The position numbers were made by a program, and so were the translations under genes. DNA of 64,000 bases, taken from the NCBI GenBank assembly GCA_034530875.2, contig JAVRCJ020000022.1:32001-96000 (forward strand). The letters run 5' to 3'. The stretch is from Nostoc sp. DedSLP01. Its GTDB lineage: Bacteria; Cyanobacteriota; Cyanobacteriia; Cyanobacteriales; Nostocaceae. Position 1 is the stretch's first letter. Each line of letters begins with the position of its first letter. This document shows, one piece after another, positions 22,183-32,735 of the stretch. Below the pieces are notes generated by a model. That model saw only the letters and a program-made list of their open reading frames with translations. It did no database searches and was not told the origin of the DNA.

Positions 22183-22951
22183 GCATTGGGTATAGAAAAT
22201 ACGATGGAGAGGAGAGTTTCAAGACATCCACCCTGGGGTTAGTTAAAGCTATATCTTGTTAAAAATAGTCGTCTGTCTCAACACCACTGTGTTGAGTTTT
22301 TTTGACAAAAAAATTACACTATGTATAAAATTTACATAAGCATAATTTATAAATATTTTTAATTACAATCAAATCTGCTCAAATCAAATTAGTTAAAAAC
22401 GAGAACTGAATATTTAGAAATATCCTAACTCTGCAAATTTCTAAATTTGAGCTAATTATAAGTAATAAAATGCTTCGTATATATTATTACATAATTGTAT
22501 AGCTATTAAATGATAAATTCAGTGTTTTTATATTGATAGCTTATGAAAAATATAGGTTTTTCCTATCTAATAGACAAAAAGACAAAATATAATACTTAAA
22601 AAATTAAGTAAAAATAAACACTTTATTTTTACTTTTAGCAGTATAAACAAGTAAATTAAACGCTAATAAATGTATTGATTGAATTAGGTTTCTATCCACA
22701 AAACGAATAATAGGGGTTTATCTATCAGAAGTATTAGATAAAAATATCGGTGATTTATCTATAGAAGAATTAAATACATATACTTAATCTAAAAGTATAC
22801 TTCTGTCAGAAGATGTAAAAAAATATTAGGCGTATTAAATTAAAATCAATATTAATCAAAGTTCTTTAATACTTCAGTAAAGCGTTGTTCGATCGGACTC
22901 GCTTTCCTGGAAATCTAGTAAAACTTTGTTACAATCCGCAACACACAAACT

Positions 22952-24259
22952 ATGAACTCTAACACCGAAAAACGTATCGCCTTGATTTCCGTCCACGGAG
23001 ATCCGGCGATTGAAATAGGGAAAGAAGAAGCTGGCGGACAAAATGTTTACGTGCGCCATGTGGGTGAAGCGCTAGCCCAGCTAGGATGGGAAGTTGATAT
23101 GTTTACCCGCAAGGTCAATCTAGAACAAAACTCAATAGTTCAACATAGCGAGAATTGTCGAACTATTCGTTTAAAAGCAGGCCCTCTAGAGTTTGTGCCT
23201 CGAGATGAGATTTTTGAATATTTACCAGAATTTGTGGAGAATTTCCTCAAATTTCAAGAGAAAAACGGTATTGCATATCAGTTAGTTCACACTAACTACT
23301 GGCTCTCAAGCTGGGTAGGGATGGATTTGAAGAAGAAAATCCCAGGGCTGAAACAGGTTCACACCTATCACTCTTTAGGAGCAGTCAAATATAACACGAT
23401 AGAGAATATTCCTCCTATTGCTAGTCAGCGATTGGCTGTGGAAAAAGAAGTTTTGGAAACAGCAGAACGAATTGTGGCGACGAGTCCGCAAGAAAACGAA
23501 CACATGCGATCGCTCGTATCCACCAAAGGCAATATCGATATCATTCCCTGCGGTACAGATATTCACCGATTTGGTTCGATTACACGCAAAGCAGCCAGAT
23601 TGGAGTTAGGAGTCGGACAAGACGCCAAAATCGTACTATATGTAGGTCGTTTCGATCCGCGCAAAGGTATAGAAACCTTAGTACGTGCAGTAAACGAGTC
23701 TCAACTACGAGAGTCCAACAACCTCCAGCTAATTATTGGTGGTGGTAGCACTCCAGGTAACAGCGATGGTATCGAGCGCGATCGCATCGAGGAAATTATC
23801 AATGAATTAGGGATGAGCCACCTGACCATCCTTCCTGGTCGTTTGAGTCAAGATATTTTGCCAACTTACTATGCAGCAGCTGATGTTTGCGTTGTTCCCA
23901 GTCACTACGAACCCTTTGGACTCGTAGCGATCGAAGCAATGGCCAGCGGGACACCGGTAGTAGCAAGCGATGTGGGCGGACTTCAGTTTACTGTAGTTAA
24001 CGAAGAAACTGGTTTATTAGCACCAGCCCAAGATGTACCTGCCTTTGCAAATGCGATCGACAGAATTTTGTTGAATCCAGAATGGCGAGTTCAACTAGGT
24101 AAAGCCGCTAGAAAACGTGTAGAAACTAAGTTTAGTTGGGATGGCGTCGCCAATCAACTGACCGAACTCTACAATGAACTTCTCGGACAAACAACCAAAC
24201 AATCAGAACCAGCATTACTCACAACCAAAGAATCAAAAACAGCATTACTGGCCTCATGA
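22952..24259 (+). CDS. spsA: GT-B glycosyltransferase, minimal sucrose-phosphate synthase type
   Basis: RIALISVHGDPAIEIGKEEAGGQNVYV, HTNYWLS, HTYHSLG, YEPFGLVAIEAMASG, as in Nostocales SPS. The spsA versus spsB label is uncertain. Confidence 0.75.
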   Translation: MNSNTEKRIALISVHGDPAIEIGKEEAGGQNVYVRHVGEALAQLGWEVDMFTRKVNLEQNSIVQHSENCRTIRLKAGPLEFVPRDEIFEYLPEFVENFLKFQEKNGIAYQLVHTNYWLSSWVGMDLKKKIPGLKQVHTYHSLGAVKYNTIENIPPIASQRLAVEKEVLETAERIVATSPQENEHMRSLVSTKGNIDIIPCGTDIHRFGSITRKAARLELGVGQDAKIVLYVGRFDPRKGIETLVRAVNESQLRESNNLQLIIGGGSTPGNSDGIERDRIEEIINELGMSHLTILPGRLSQDILPTYYAAADVCVVPSHYEPFGLVAIEAMASGTPVVASDVGGLQFTVVNEETGLLAPAQDVPAFANAIDRILLNPEWRVQLGKAARKRVETKFSWDGVANQLTELYNELLGQTTKQSEPALLTTKESKTALLAS

Positions 24260-24280
24260 CCTAATAACCTTCTTTGGTAA

Positions 24281-24374
24281 TAGACATAGGAGTGAAAATC
24301 AATGTAGAGACGTAGCATTGCTACGTCTCTACAAGGGTTTCGGGTAACGCAGAATTAATTTCTGGAGATGTCTA
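24281..24374. mobile_element. MITE of the TAGACATCTCC family (copy 2, inverted, left end decayed)
   Basis: Same GTAGAGACGTAGCATTGCTACGTCTCTAC hairpin and TTAATTTCTGGAGATGTCTA end as 1085-1168. Confidence 0.8.
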
Positions 24375-24511
24375 ATAGGTAATTGGCAATATTAGTAACA
24401 GAAAAATGCGGTTAGCTCAATGCTGACCGCTTTTTCTTGTGATGCCAGCGCGGACTAAACACGATAGCATATACTGGGCATCAATGTTTGAATGCCTAAT
24501 GATTCATTTTT

Positions 24512-26239
24512 GTGCAACCAGTTGACTTTACCACCCTCAAAGCTGCTTGTAGCGAACTACGCACGAACTGGCTACCCTCACGGGCAGAGCAAGTTTACCA
24601 GCGCGATCGCTACACTATTCTCATAGCATTACGCACCTTGAAACAGCGGGGTTGGCTAGAGATTTCTTGGCATCCTCAAGCTGCACATATTTGCATTGGC
24701 GATCCGCCACCGCGAATTCCCGATACTTTCACCTTCAGCCAACAACTGATACACCAATTGGGTGGTTTGGCATTAGTAGCAATTGAAGCGATCGCTCCTT
24801 GGGAACGCGTTATCGATCTACAATTTGCTCGGCGTCCTGGAGAAACTGCCCTATATCATCTCTATGTAGAAATTATGGGCAAGTATAGCAACGTCATTCT
24901 CACCGACGCCAGCAATATAACAATCGCTCCTGCCCATCAAGTCAGTCAACAACAATCTAGCGTCCGTCCCATACTCACTGGACAACCTTACGAAACACCA
25001 CCGAAACTGACTGGAACTATTCCCAATTTGAGCGAATCTCAACAACACTGGCAAGAACGGGTAAGTTTAGTACCAGGAGCTATCAAGCGGCAATTACTCA
25101 AAAGTTATAGTGGTTTAAGTGCTGCATTACTAGAATCAATGTTATTAGCAGCAGACATACCGCCAGAAACATCTACCGATACCCTCAAACCGGAAGATTG
25201 GCAAAGATTGTTTGAGCGTTGGCAAGAATGGCTGCAAGCCTTAGATTTGTGTAAATTTCAACCCGCTTGGACAAAAGACGGCTACACAGTAATGGGTTGG
25301 GGTGGAGTGGAAAGCGCCAAAGATACCCAAGAATTACTCAACCGTTACTACACAGACCAACTCAATCAACAGTTGTTTTCCCAATTGCGCCATCAGTTGA
25401 GTCAGAAATTGAATAATATTTTGGGGAAATTACGCAACAAAGCTCAAACCTTTAAGACGCGCTTGCAACAATCAGATCGAGCCGATGAATATCGACAAAA
25501 AGCTGATTTGTTAATGGCTCACCTACACAACTGGGAACCGGGGATGACACAGATAATTATCCCTGATTTTGAGACTAACGAGCCTGTAGCGATCGCTCTG
25601 CAACCAGATAAAAATGCCGTCCAAAATGCCCAAAGTCTTTACAAACAACATCAAAAACTCAAACGCGCTCGTTCTGCTGTGGAACCCCTACTGTTAGAAG
25701 TACAGACAGAAATCGACTATTTAGAGCAAGTAGAAGCTGCGATCGACCAGATAGACAACTACCAAACAGCAGAAGATTTGCAAGCTTTAGAAGAAATCCG
25801 CGAAGAACTGATCGGACAAAAATATCTCGAAGATCCAGAATATCGCAACCGCAGCAGCAACGAGAACTCCACTAGTGACTTTTATCATTACCATACTCCC
25901 AGCGGTTTTGAAGTATTAATCGGCCGCAACAACCGCCAAAACGACCAATTGACTTTTCGCGTAGCTGGAGATTATGACCTTTGGTTCCACGCGCAAGAAA
26001 TTCCAGGCAGCCACGTACTACTACGTCTCGAACCCGGTGCCGTTGCAGAAGAAGCTGATTTGCAATTTGTAGCGAATCTTGCTGCTTACTACAGTCGCGC
26101 CCGGCAAAGCGATCGAGTGCCAGTAGTATACACTCAACTCAAACACGTCTACAAACCCAAAGGAGCAAAACCGGGAATTGCCATTTACAAGCAAGAAACT
26201 ATCCTCTGGGGAAAACCGCAATTAGTTATTAGTCATTAG
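24512..26239 (+). CDS. NFACT family protein (FbpA / RqcH-like ribosome quality-control factor)
   Basis: EIMGKYSNVIL, NAQSLYKQHQKLKR, IGRNNRQND, WFHAQEIPGSHV, VYKPKGAKPG. Confidence 0.92.
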   Translation: MQPVDFTTLKAACSELRTNWLPSRAEQVYQRDRYTILIALRTLKQRGWLEISWHPQAAHICIGDPPPRIPDTFTFSQQLIHQLGGLALVAIEAIAPWERVIDLQFARRPGETALYHLYVEIMGKYSNVILTDASNITIAPAHQVSQQQSSVRPILTGQPYETPPKLTGTIPNLSESQQHWQERVSLVPGAIKRQLLKSYSGLSAALLESMLLAADIPPETSTDTLKPEDWQRLFERWQEWLQALDLCKFQPAWTKDGYTVMGWGGVESAKDTQELLNRYYTDQLNQQLFSQLRHQLSQKLNNILGKLRNKAQTFKTRLQQSDRADEYRQKADLLMAHLHNWEPGMTQIIIPDFETNEPVAIALQPDKNAVQNAQSLYKQHQKLKRARSAVEPLLLEVQTEIDYLEQVEAAIDQIDNYQTAEDLQALEEIREELIGQKYLEDPEYRNRSSNENSTSDFYHYHTPSGFEVLIGRNNRQNDQLTFRVAGDYDLWFHAQEIPGSHVLLRLEPGAVAEEADLQFVANLAAYYSRARQSDRVPVVYTQLKHVYKPKGAKPGIAIYKQETILWGKPQLVISH

Positions 26240-26426
26240 TCATTGGTCATTAGTTATTAATTATTCTCCCTCCCCTGCCTCCCCTGCCTCCTCTGCCCCT
26301 CCGCCTCTTCTATCCTGCGTTGTGGCGAATTCATCTTAAAGATAGAAGCTTTTAAATTATGCTTATATCTTTTTTTGATGAATTTTTCTGAAAAATCTGT
26401 GTTGGCTGTTACAATATTGTTAAGAA

Positions 26427-26531
26427 AAGTTGCCCGTTGCATTTTTAGGAACGCGCAATTGGGTTTTAACTCTCTTGAGAAGACAACGTAAAAAATATTT
26501 TTGAGACCAGCTGTGGGAGGCTGGTCTTTTT
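26427..26531 (+). ncRNA. Probable trans-acting sRNA, NsrR1-like
   Basis: About 105-nt ORF-free unit starting AAGTTGCCCGTTGCAT, with ACTCTCTTGAGAAGACAAC and a strong terminator GAGACCAGC-TGTGGGAG-GCTGGTCTTTTT. Preceded by a -10-like TATTGT and an NtcA-like GTG-N8-TAC. The identity is from recall only. Confidence 0.55.
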
Positions 26532-26927
26532 GTTATTAGCAACCAACTTTTTTTAAGTTTTCCTGACATAAACTACTGAATTGTTGGTCAAATGTAAATC
26601 AAAGACGGCTGAAGATTAACCGTAATATCATATAGTTTGCCAAAATATTTGCAACATACCAATCGCCTCTAGGGCGTACAGTTGTATGCTTCTACATATT
26701 TTTAAGTAGTTGGTGAAATAATATTACGTGTGTCTTCAATGAAAATACTAGGTTTTTGAATTTTGACATCATACCACAAAAGAGAAAATCACTTTTTAGG
26801 CAATTAACTGTTTACTCATAACTGTTAACCGTTAACAATCAACACTCAACAATCAATGCAAAATCCCATCCATTTTTACGGATGGGATCAGCTGATTTTT
26901 GGCGTCTGTGTTTTGAAATTTTGACAA

Positions 26928-28541
26928 TTAGAAACTGAATGTGGTTCTTAACGCACCAATCACAACATCATCATTATCATTGTTATGGTCTGGTGATGTT
27001 AACCAAATGACTCCTGGAGTGATAGTGATATTATCGCTGAGCTGATACTGATAGAAAGCTTCCAGATGATAAGATGTATCCTCATCTTCAGGTAATCCTA
27101 CGAGGGTAGAACTTGTGACTCGAGGTTCTACACCAGCAATAATACCTGCTAAACTACCTTTTGTACCAAGGTCAGGGAAGCCAAGGGTAACAGCGTAGTT
27201 CCAAATGTCAACATCTCCACGGTTTCCTCTCAAGCTGCGACTGGTGGTGTATCCAGCCCAACCACCTAAAACTATATTTTTAGTAATGCCAATGGATGCT
27301 TGCACGCCGTAAGAATTACTGGAGAATCCGACTTCTTCTTCTGGCAAACCTTGGATAGCTGCTATATCTTGGAAGGTTGCGGCATTGCTACCTGTGAGTA
27401 GTGGCTGGTTGTAAGAATTGATGTAAGTTAAACCAATAGAAATGCGATCGCTTGGTTGAATTGTCAGCTGTGCCAGCGCACCATAAGAACCATTAAATAA
27501 ACCATTATTCGGTGTAGGGTCGTTAGCCGCACCACTCAAGTAGCCAAGACTGAGTGCTAATTTCTCGCTAAATTGGTATGTTAATCCTAAACCGGCGCCG
27601 TTGATCTGGTTATAAATTGGGTTGCGCGTACCAAACGTGGACAAAGCGCCAAAAGCACCATCACCATCAAAGAGATTGACAGTAGTAGTCAGGTCATCTG
27701 CTGCACCTGCATTGGCAATAGCAACCACCTCTGTCTTTTTGCCCAAGGGAAATCTGTAAAGCAGTGCATCTATGGCAGCATTAGTAGTGCCATCCTCACC
27801 AGCAAAGAATAAATTGCCCTCTGGTGTCCCGATATTAGGGCTGAGAATATTATTCGCCTGGATTCTAGTGAACAGGGTATCTTCCCCTGTGAAGCTGGTA
27901 ACTAATTCTATCCGCGCCCTTACTCCTAAAGTTGTGTTTTTGTCAGTAATTTCTGCACCGTTGACTGTATTTCCTGACAAAACATCACTGGCAACTGCAA
28001 CAACTTGTCCTTGCAGTTTGGTTGTGGTAGAAAATTGATTGGCTTCTAATTCGGCTGTGTGTGCTTCTACTGTATCCACACGACCTCGGAGTGTCGTCAG
28101 TTCCGCAGAAAACTCTTCTTGCAGTTTTTGTAATGTGGCTAAATCTTGTTTGCTAACTAAATCGCTTGTGGCTGTTGCAATTAGTTCGTTAACGCGATCT
28201 AAACAAGCATTCAAACCAGCAGCAAACTCATACCGCGTTAGCGCCCGATTCCCACGATAAGTACTATTTGGATATCCTGCAATACAACCATAGCGTTCTA
28301 CCAGCGATTGCAAGGCTTGGAAAGCCCAGTCTGTAGTTTGCACGTCAGACAACTGAGACACTGAGGTAACTTGTGCCGTTGTCTGGTTTTGAGTTATATT
28401 CTCAAGTTTGGTAGTTGGACTAGCTACTCGATCTATTTGGGTAGTGGTTGATGTTTCACCTGCAAATGCAGCAGTATTAAAAAATAGCATTGCAGTGCAT
28501 ACTGCTGGATTAACCAGCAGATATTTACAAAATTTTTGCAT
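26928..28541 (-). CDS. SLH-domain OprB-family outer-membrane porin
   Basis: QVTSVSQLSDV..TDWAFQALQSLVERYGCIAGYP, TRYEFAAGLNACL, C-terminal LRTTFSF; AGGAG RBS before ATG 28541. Confidence 0.95.
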   Translation of the reverse strand: MQKFCKYLLVNPAVCTAMLFFNTAAFAGETSTTTQIDRVASPTTKLENITQNQTTAQVTSVSQLSDVQTTDWAFQALQSLVERYGCIAGYPNSTYRGNRALTRYEFAAGLNACLDRVNELIATATSDLVSKQDLATLQKLQEEFSAELTTLRGRVDTVEAHTAELEANQFSTTTKLQGQVVAVASDVLSGNTVNGAEITDKNTTLGVRARIELVTSFTGEDTLFTRIQANNILSPNIGTPEGNLFFAGEDGTTNAAIDALLYRFPLGKKTEVVAIANAGAADDLTTTVNLFDGDGAFGALSTFGTRNPIYNQINGAGLGLTYQFSEKLALSLGYLSGAANDPTPNNGLFNGSYGALAQLTIQPSDRISIGLTYINSYNQPLLTGSNAATFQDIAAIQGLPEEEVGFSSNSYGVQASIGITKNIVLGGWAGYTTSRSLRGNRGDVDIWNYAVTLGFPDLGTKGSLAGIIAGVEPRVTSSTLVGLPEDEDTSYHLEAFYQYQLSDNITITPGVIWLTSPDHNNDNDDVVIGALRTTFSF

Positions 28542-28773
28542 TTTTCTCCTCACACTTATCAACGATTCGCACTCACACCGCGCTTTTTAAGGCACATTTG
28601 ATTAAAAACTTGTCAGTAATCTTATCAGAAGGTGCAAGCTTTTTAATAAAAAATGTCAATAAACCGTAATTATTTTGGGAAAAATTAACTACAGAGGCAT
28701 CCTCTGGAAAAAGGTTGATTGTGATTATTTACACTACAAATATTTAAATATATAACTCTGCTGAGATTGAGAA

Positions 28774-28788
28774 TGAGAATTATTATAA
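28774..28788. promoter_or_regulatory. Zur box in the divergent porin/znuA promoter
   Basis: TGAGAATTATTATAA versus the 7-1-7 consensus TGATAATnATTATCA, directly upstream of a zinc ABC operon. Confidence 0.7.
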
Positions 28789-28861
28789 TGTACAAGATAG
28801 AATAAGTATCATTGTCATCTGGTAAAGGCACAGCAAGCATCTGTCCTGGGGAGAAAGCACG

Positions 28862-29878
28862 GTGATGGGGAATTGGAGAAAATGGAGAATATGCAAACAA
28901 ACAAAGGGCATAGTCTCATTATTTGGTGTGTTAGTGTTGTCAATGGCTGCTGGCTGTAGCCAATCGAATCAGAATCAAGGAACAACTGCCCAACAGTCAC
29001 CGCAAGCACAGGAGGCTGCATCTACTCCCATAGCGCAGCGAGAAAAAACTAAAGTAGTGACGACATTTTTACCGATATATTTGTTTACCAAAGCAGTAGC
29101 TGGAAATGTAGCAGACGTAGAAATTTTAGTCCCACCTGGTACGGAAGTACACGAATACCAAGCGACACCAGAAAATGTCAAAGCGATCGCCACTGCTAAT
29201 GTATTAGTTAAAAATGGTTTAGGCTTGGAAGAATTTTTGGCAGATACTATCAAAAATGCCCAAAATTCTAAATTAACACAAATTGATGCCAGTAAAGATA
29301 TTAAACCCTTAAATGAAATTTCGCCTGTTGAAACAACCCAAACAAACGAAGAACGCGATCGCGAACACAGCAAAGGCAATCCTCATGTTTGGTTAGATCC
29401 AGTTTTGGCAAAACAGCAAGTAATCAATATTCGTGATGGTCTAACTACTGCTGACCCCAAGAATAAAACGGCTTATGAAGCTAATGCTGCAACTTATATT
29501 AAAGAATTAGAAAATCTCAACAATGAATTTCAACAGACTTTGCAAAAAAATCCCAGTTGTACGTTTGTGACTTTTCATGATGCATTTCCATACATAGCCA
29601 AACGCTATAACCTGAAGCAAGTTGCTGTGGTAGAAATTCCCGAAGACCAACTTTCACCAACAGATGTGCAAAATGCTGTCAACGCTGTAAAAAAGTATAA
29701 AGTTAAAGCCTTATTTAGCGAACCAGGAGTAGATAATAAATTGCTTGCTAGCCTTTCAAAAGACTTGAAATTAAATTTGCGTACTTTAGATTCTCTAGAA
29801 ACTGGGGAAACAAACCCACAGTATTATTTCCAAGCGATGAAAGCTAATTTACAAACTCTAGAAACTGCATGTAAATAA
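28862..29878 (+). CDS. znuA: Zinc ABC transporter substrate-binding lipoprotein
   Basis: Lipobox AAGC, EVHEYQ, NPHVWLDP, FHDAFPY. Confidence 0.9.
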   Translation: MMGNWRKWRICKQTKGIVSLFGVLVLSMAAGCSQSNQNQGTTAQQSPQAQEAASTPIAQREKTKVVTTFLPIYLFTKAVAGNVADVEILVPPGTEVHEYQATPENVKAIATANVLVKNGLGLEEFLADTIKNAQNSKLTQIDASKDIKPLNEISPVETTQTNEERDREHSKGNPHVWLDPVLAKQQVINIRDGLTTADPKNKTAYEANAATYIKELENLNNEFQQTLQKNPSCTFVTFHDAFPYIAKRYNLKQVAVVEIPEDQLSPTDVQNAVNAVKKYKVKALFSEPGVDNKLLASLSKDLKLNLRTLDSLETGETNPQYYFQAMKANLQTLETACK

Positions 29879-29928
29879 ATTAGCTATTTATCTTTTCCAA
29901 ATGACTAATGACTAATAACTAATAACTA

Positions 29929-30729
29929 ATGAATAATAACATTCCTATTTTAAAAGTTGAAGGATTAACTGTTTATCAAGGCAGTTATTTAGCTATACGA
30001 GATGTTTCCTTTGAATTGTTACCAGGAACAGATACCGCTATAGTTGGCCCCAATGGTGCTGGTAAAAGTACTCTGATAAAAGCGATTTTAGATTTGATAC
30101 CTCGAAGTTCTGGGACTATTGAAATATTAGATCGTCCAATCGCAAAATTAGGGCATTTACGTCACTTTTTGGGTTATATGCCGCAAAATTTCTTTTTTGA
30201 CCGTAGCTTTCCAATTTCTGTTAGGGAATTGGTGGGACTAGGATGGACGAGTAAAGGCAAAAGGCAAAAGGCAAAAGGCAAAACAGACGATTCATTTTTT
30301 GCCTGGTTGTGGAGACAAGACCGAGAAAAAACAGCAGCAGTAACAGAAGCTTTACAAAGAACCGATGCTTATCATTTACAGCATCAAGCAATTGGTACTC
30401 TAAGCGGCGGTCAACTCAAGCGAGTGTTGTTAGCTTATTGTTTGGTAACGCCACGAAAACTATTAGTACTAGATGAAGCTTTTGCTGGAGTTGATGTCCA
30501 AGGTGCCGCAGATTTTTACGCTTTGCTAAATGAATTAAAGCGCGAAGAGGGTTGGACAGTATTACAAGTTTCCCATGATATTGATATGGTAAGCCGTCAT
30601 TGCGATCGCGTGCTTTGCCTAAATCAAACCATTGTTTGCACTGGTAAGCCAGAAATTGCCCTTTCACCAAAAAATCTGCTTGCAACCTACGGCCCTGGCT
30701 TCAGTCGCTACCAGCACCATCACGATTAA
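29929..30729 (+). CDS. znuC: Zinc ABC transporter ATPase
   Basis: GPNGAGKST, LSGGQLKR, LVLDE, SHD, His-rich C-terminus. Confidence 0.9.
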   Translation: MNNNIPILKVEGLTVYQGSYLAIRDVSFELLPGTDTAIVGPNGAGKSTLIKAILDLIPRSSGTIEILDRPIAKLGHLRHFLGYMPQNFFFDRSFPISVRELVGLGWTSKGKRQKAKGKTDDSFFAWLWRQDREKTAAVTEALQRTDAYHLQHQAIGTLSGGQLKRVLLAYCLVTPRKLLVLDEAFAGVDVQGAADFYALLNELKREEGWTVLQVSHDIDMVSRHCDRVLCLNQTIVCTGKPEIALSPKNLLATYGPGFSRYQHHHD

Positions 30730-30841
30730 TTTGGGCATAGGGCATAAGGCAGAAGTTCTTTAATTTTGAATTTTGAATTTTGAATTGATTTGTCTCCCCA
30801 TCTCCCCAGTCACCAGTCCCCAGTCACCAGTCCCCATAATT

Positions 30842-31711
30842 ATGGATTTATTCAATAATTGTCAAATAGCTTGGCTAGCGATCGCCAGTAGTAATGACTT
30901 GGTAAGCTTATTACAATATCCCTTCATGCAACGGGCAATTGTAGAAGCTCTACTAATGGGAATACTTGGTGGGATATTAAGTAGTTTTGTCACCTTGCGC
31001 CAGCTGTCTTTTTTCAGTCACGCTGTTAGTCATGCAGCATTAGTAGGTGTGGTGTTAGGTGTGCTGCTACAAGTAAACCCTACTTGGATGCTGTTACCTT
31101 TTACCTTAGTTTTCGGCGTTCTTGTTCTCTACTTTATCGACAAAACTGACTTAGGTAGCGATAGCGTACTTAGTATAGTGCTATCTGGAGCATTGGCGAT
31201 CGGACTAATTCTCACCAGCTTCATTAAAGGATATCGCGGTAACTTAATGGCAGTGCTGTTTGGCGATATTCTGGCGCTTGATACCACAGATTTGGTTTTA
31301 ACGTTGGTGGTACTTGTGGGAAGTTGCATATTTTTACTATCAACTCTGCAACAGCAAATTTTGTTAACACTTAACCCCGATGTGGCGCAGGTTCAAGGTA
31401 TTCCCGTGCAACTGTACCGCTACGCTTTTGTGGTCTTGCTTTCACTCGCCGTTGCTGTAGCAATAAAAGCCGTTGGTGTTTTACTGGTAAATGCCTTTTT
31501 GGTTATTCCCGCTTCCACTGCCAAACTAATGAGTCACCACTTTAGCCGCTTTCTGGTCATTTCGGTAATAGTCGGTTCCATCAGCAGCATTACTGGCATC
31601 ATTGTCTCAGGTCTTTTCAACCTAGCTTCCGGCCCTAGTATCGTTCTTGTGCAGTTCCTCATGTTTCTAGCTGTTTTCATCTGCTTAAAGTTGACCTTGA
31701 AAACTGCGTAA
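30842..31711 (+). CDS. znuB: Zinc ABC transporter permease
   Basis: PFMQRA, FSHAVSHAAL, LFGDIL, ASGPSIV; ABC-3 family. Start uncertain. Confidence 0.9.
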   Translation: MDLFNNCQIAWLAIASSNDLVSLLQYPFMQRAIVEALLMGILGGILSSFVTLRQLSFFSHAVSHAALVGVVLGVLLQVNPTWMLLPFTLVFGVLVLYFIDKTDLGSDSVLSIVLSGALAIGLILTSFIKGYRGNLMAVLFGDILALDTTDLVLTLVVLVGSCIFLLSTLQQQILLTLNPDVAQVQGIPVQLYRYAFVVLLSLAVAVAIKAVGVLLVNAFLVIPASTAKLMSHHFSRFLVISVIVGSISSITGIIVSGLFNLASGPSIVLVQFLMFLAVFICLKLTLKTA

Positions 31712-31787
31712 ATATTTTTCTCCAATCTCTTGCAAAATCCTTTTTCCTTTGCTACATTTATTAATCGTGGCTCAAATAAAAGCCCCA

Positions 31788-31860
<73 letters not shown>

Positions 31861-31863
31861 TAT

Positions 31864-31899
31864 AAAAACCCTTGAAATAATCGACTTCAAGGGTTTTTT
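31864..31899 (+). terminator. Intrinsic terminator after tRNA-Phe
   Basis: AAAAACCCTTGAA...TTCAAGGGTTTTTT. Confidence 0.8.
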
Positions 31900-32031
31900 G
31901 CTTTCTCATACCTCAAAAATAGAGGATAAGTGTTCTACTTATGCCAATTTTGGACGTTCCTGGATACCTTTAGAGACAAAAGTGGGTGTAAAAGTGGTGT
32001 AAAGTGGAGGAAAATTACACCATTAATACTT

Positions 32032-32136
32032 ATGTACTAAGATTCTTCTAGGGGACGAGGATATAAAGGATCTGTAGCAATCATTAACTCTAAAGGTCAA
32101 TTACAGTTGAGATTTCACTTGGATCGCCTTTTTTAA
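32032..32136 (+). pseudogene. Remnant of a tyrosine-integrase N-terminal arm-binding (DUF3596-like) domain
   Basis: Reads MY*DSSRGRGYKGSVAIINSKGQLQLRFHLDRLF*, matching the KGSV.I.NS.GRLQLRF start of cyanobacterial tRNA-targeting integrases. Confidence 0.7.
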
Positions 32137-32220
32137 TTTCACGCCGAATTAGGTTGTGTGCGATCGCACTAACGAGAAATGCCAGAGTATTAATGCGATC
32201 GCTGTTGACTAATAACCCCT

Positions 32221-32490
32221 TTATTGGTCAGGTGGTTTGCTACAGCTTCTTTTTATAAGCTGTACCTCAAAAGGATGAAGTTGGACACGCAACTCCGCAC
32301 AGTTGGATATTACTACCACTCCCAATGCGGAGAAGTATATAGTTAAAAAAATCACTAAACTAATAACCGTTGTATTAATAATAGGTTTTGGAAAAAATTT
32401 CCAAAAGGGTACTTCTAGGGTTGTTCTTTTTGTCTTCATTGGTTTAAGTTGGGATTGGGCTTGAACATTTGATGGAACTTTCGATTTCAT
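32221..32490 (-). CDS. Small hypothetical membrane protein (island cargo)
   Basis: 89-aa ATG ORF with one hydrophobic segment. Confidence 0.45.
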   Translation of the reverse strand: MKSKVPSNVQAQSQLKPMKTKRTTLEVPFWKFFPKPIINTTVISLVIFLTIYFSALGVVVISNCAELRVQLHPFEVQLIKRSCSKPPDQ

Positions 32491-32735
32491 TATTTTTCAG
32501 TCCGTTGTATATTTTTGAACTTGAGAGCCAGTCTTGGAGCCTGAGAAACACTAGACTGACTCTGCTTTTTTATGTAGCACTGGCATAAACCTGGAACTTG
32601 TGCTAGCTTCGTTGCTTTTGGAAGATGATCTTATATATTCACGCAATAATTAACCTTATAGCACCCTTTGTGATAATATAGCTTATAGCACAGCTAATTC
32701 GTGCTGTATAGATCTAATTTTTTATGCTTTAGCCT

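Noticed and set aside
24190..24252. 30-bp tandem duplication at the SPS C-terminus (TTKQSEPALL/TTKESKTALL)
   Set aside because: Real, but it lies in a variable tail and no functional consequence can be argued.
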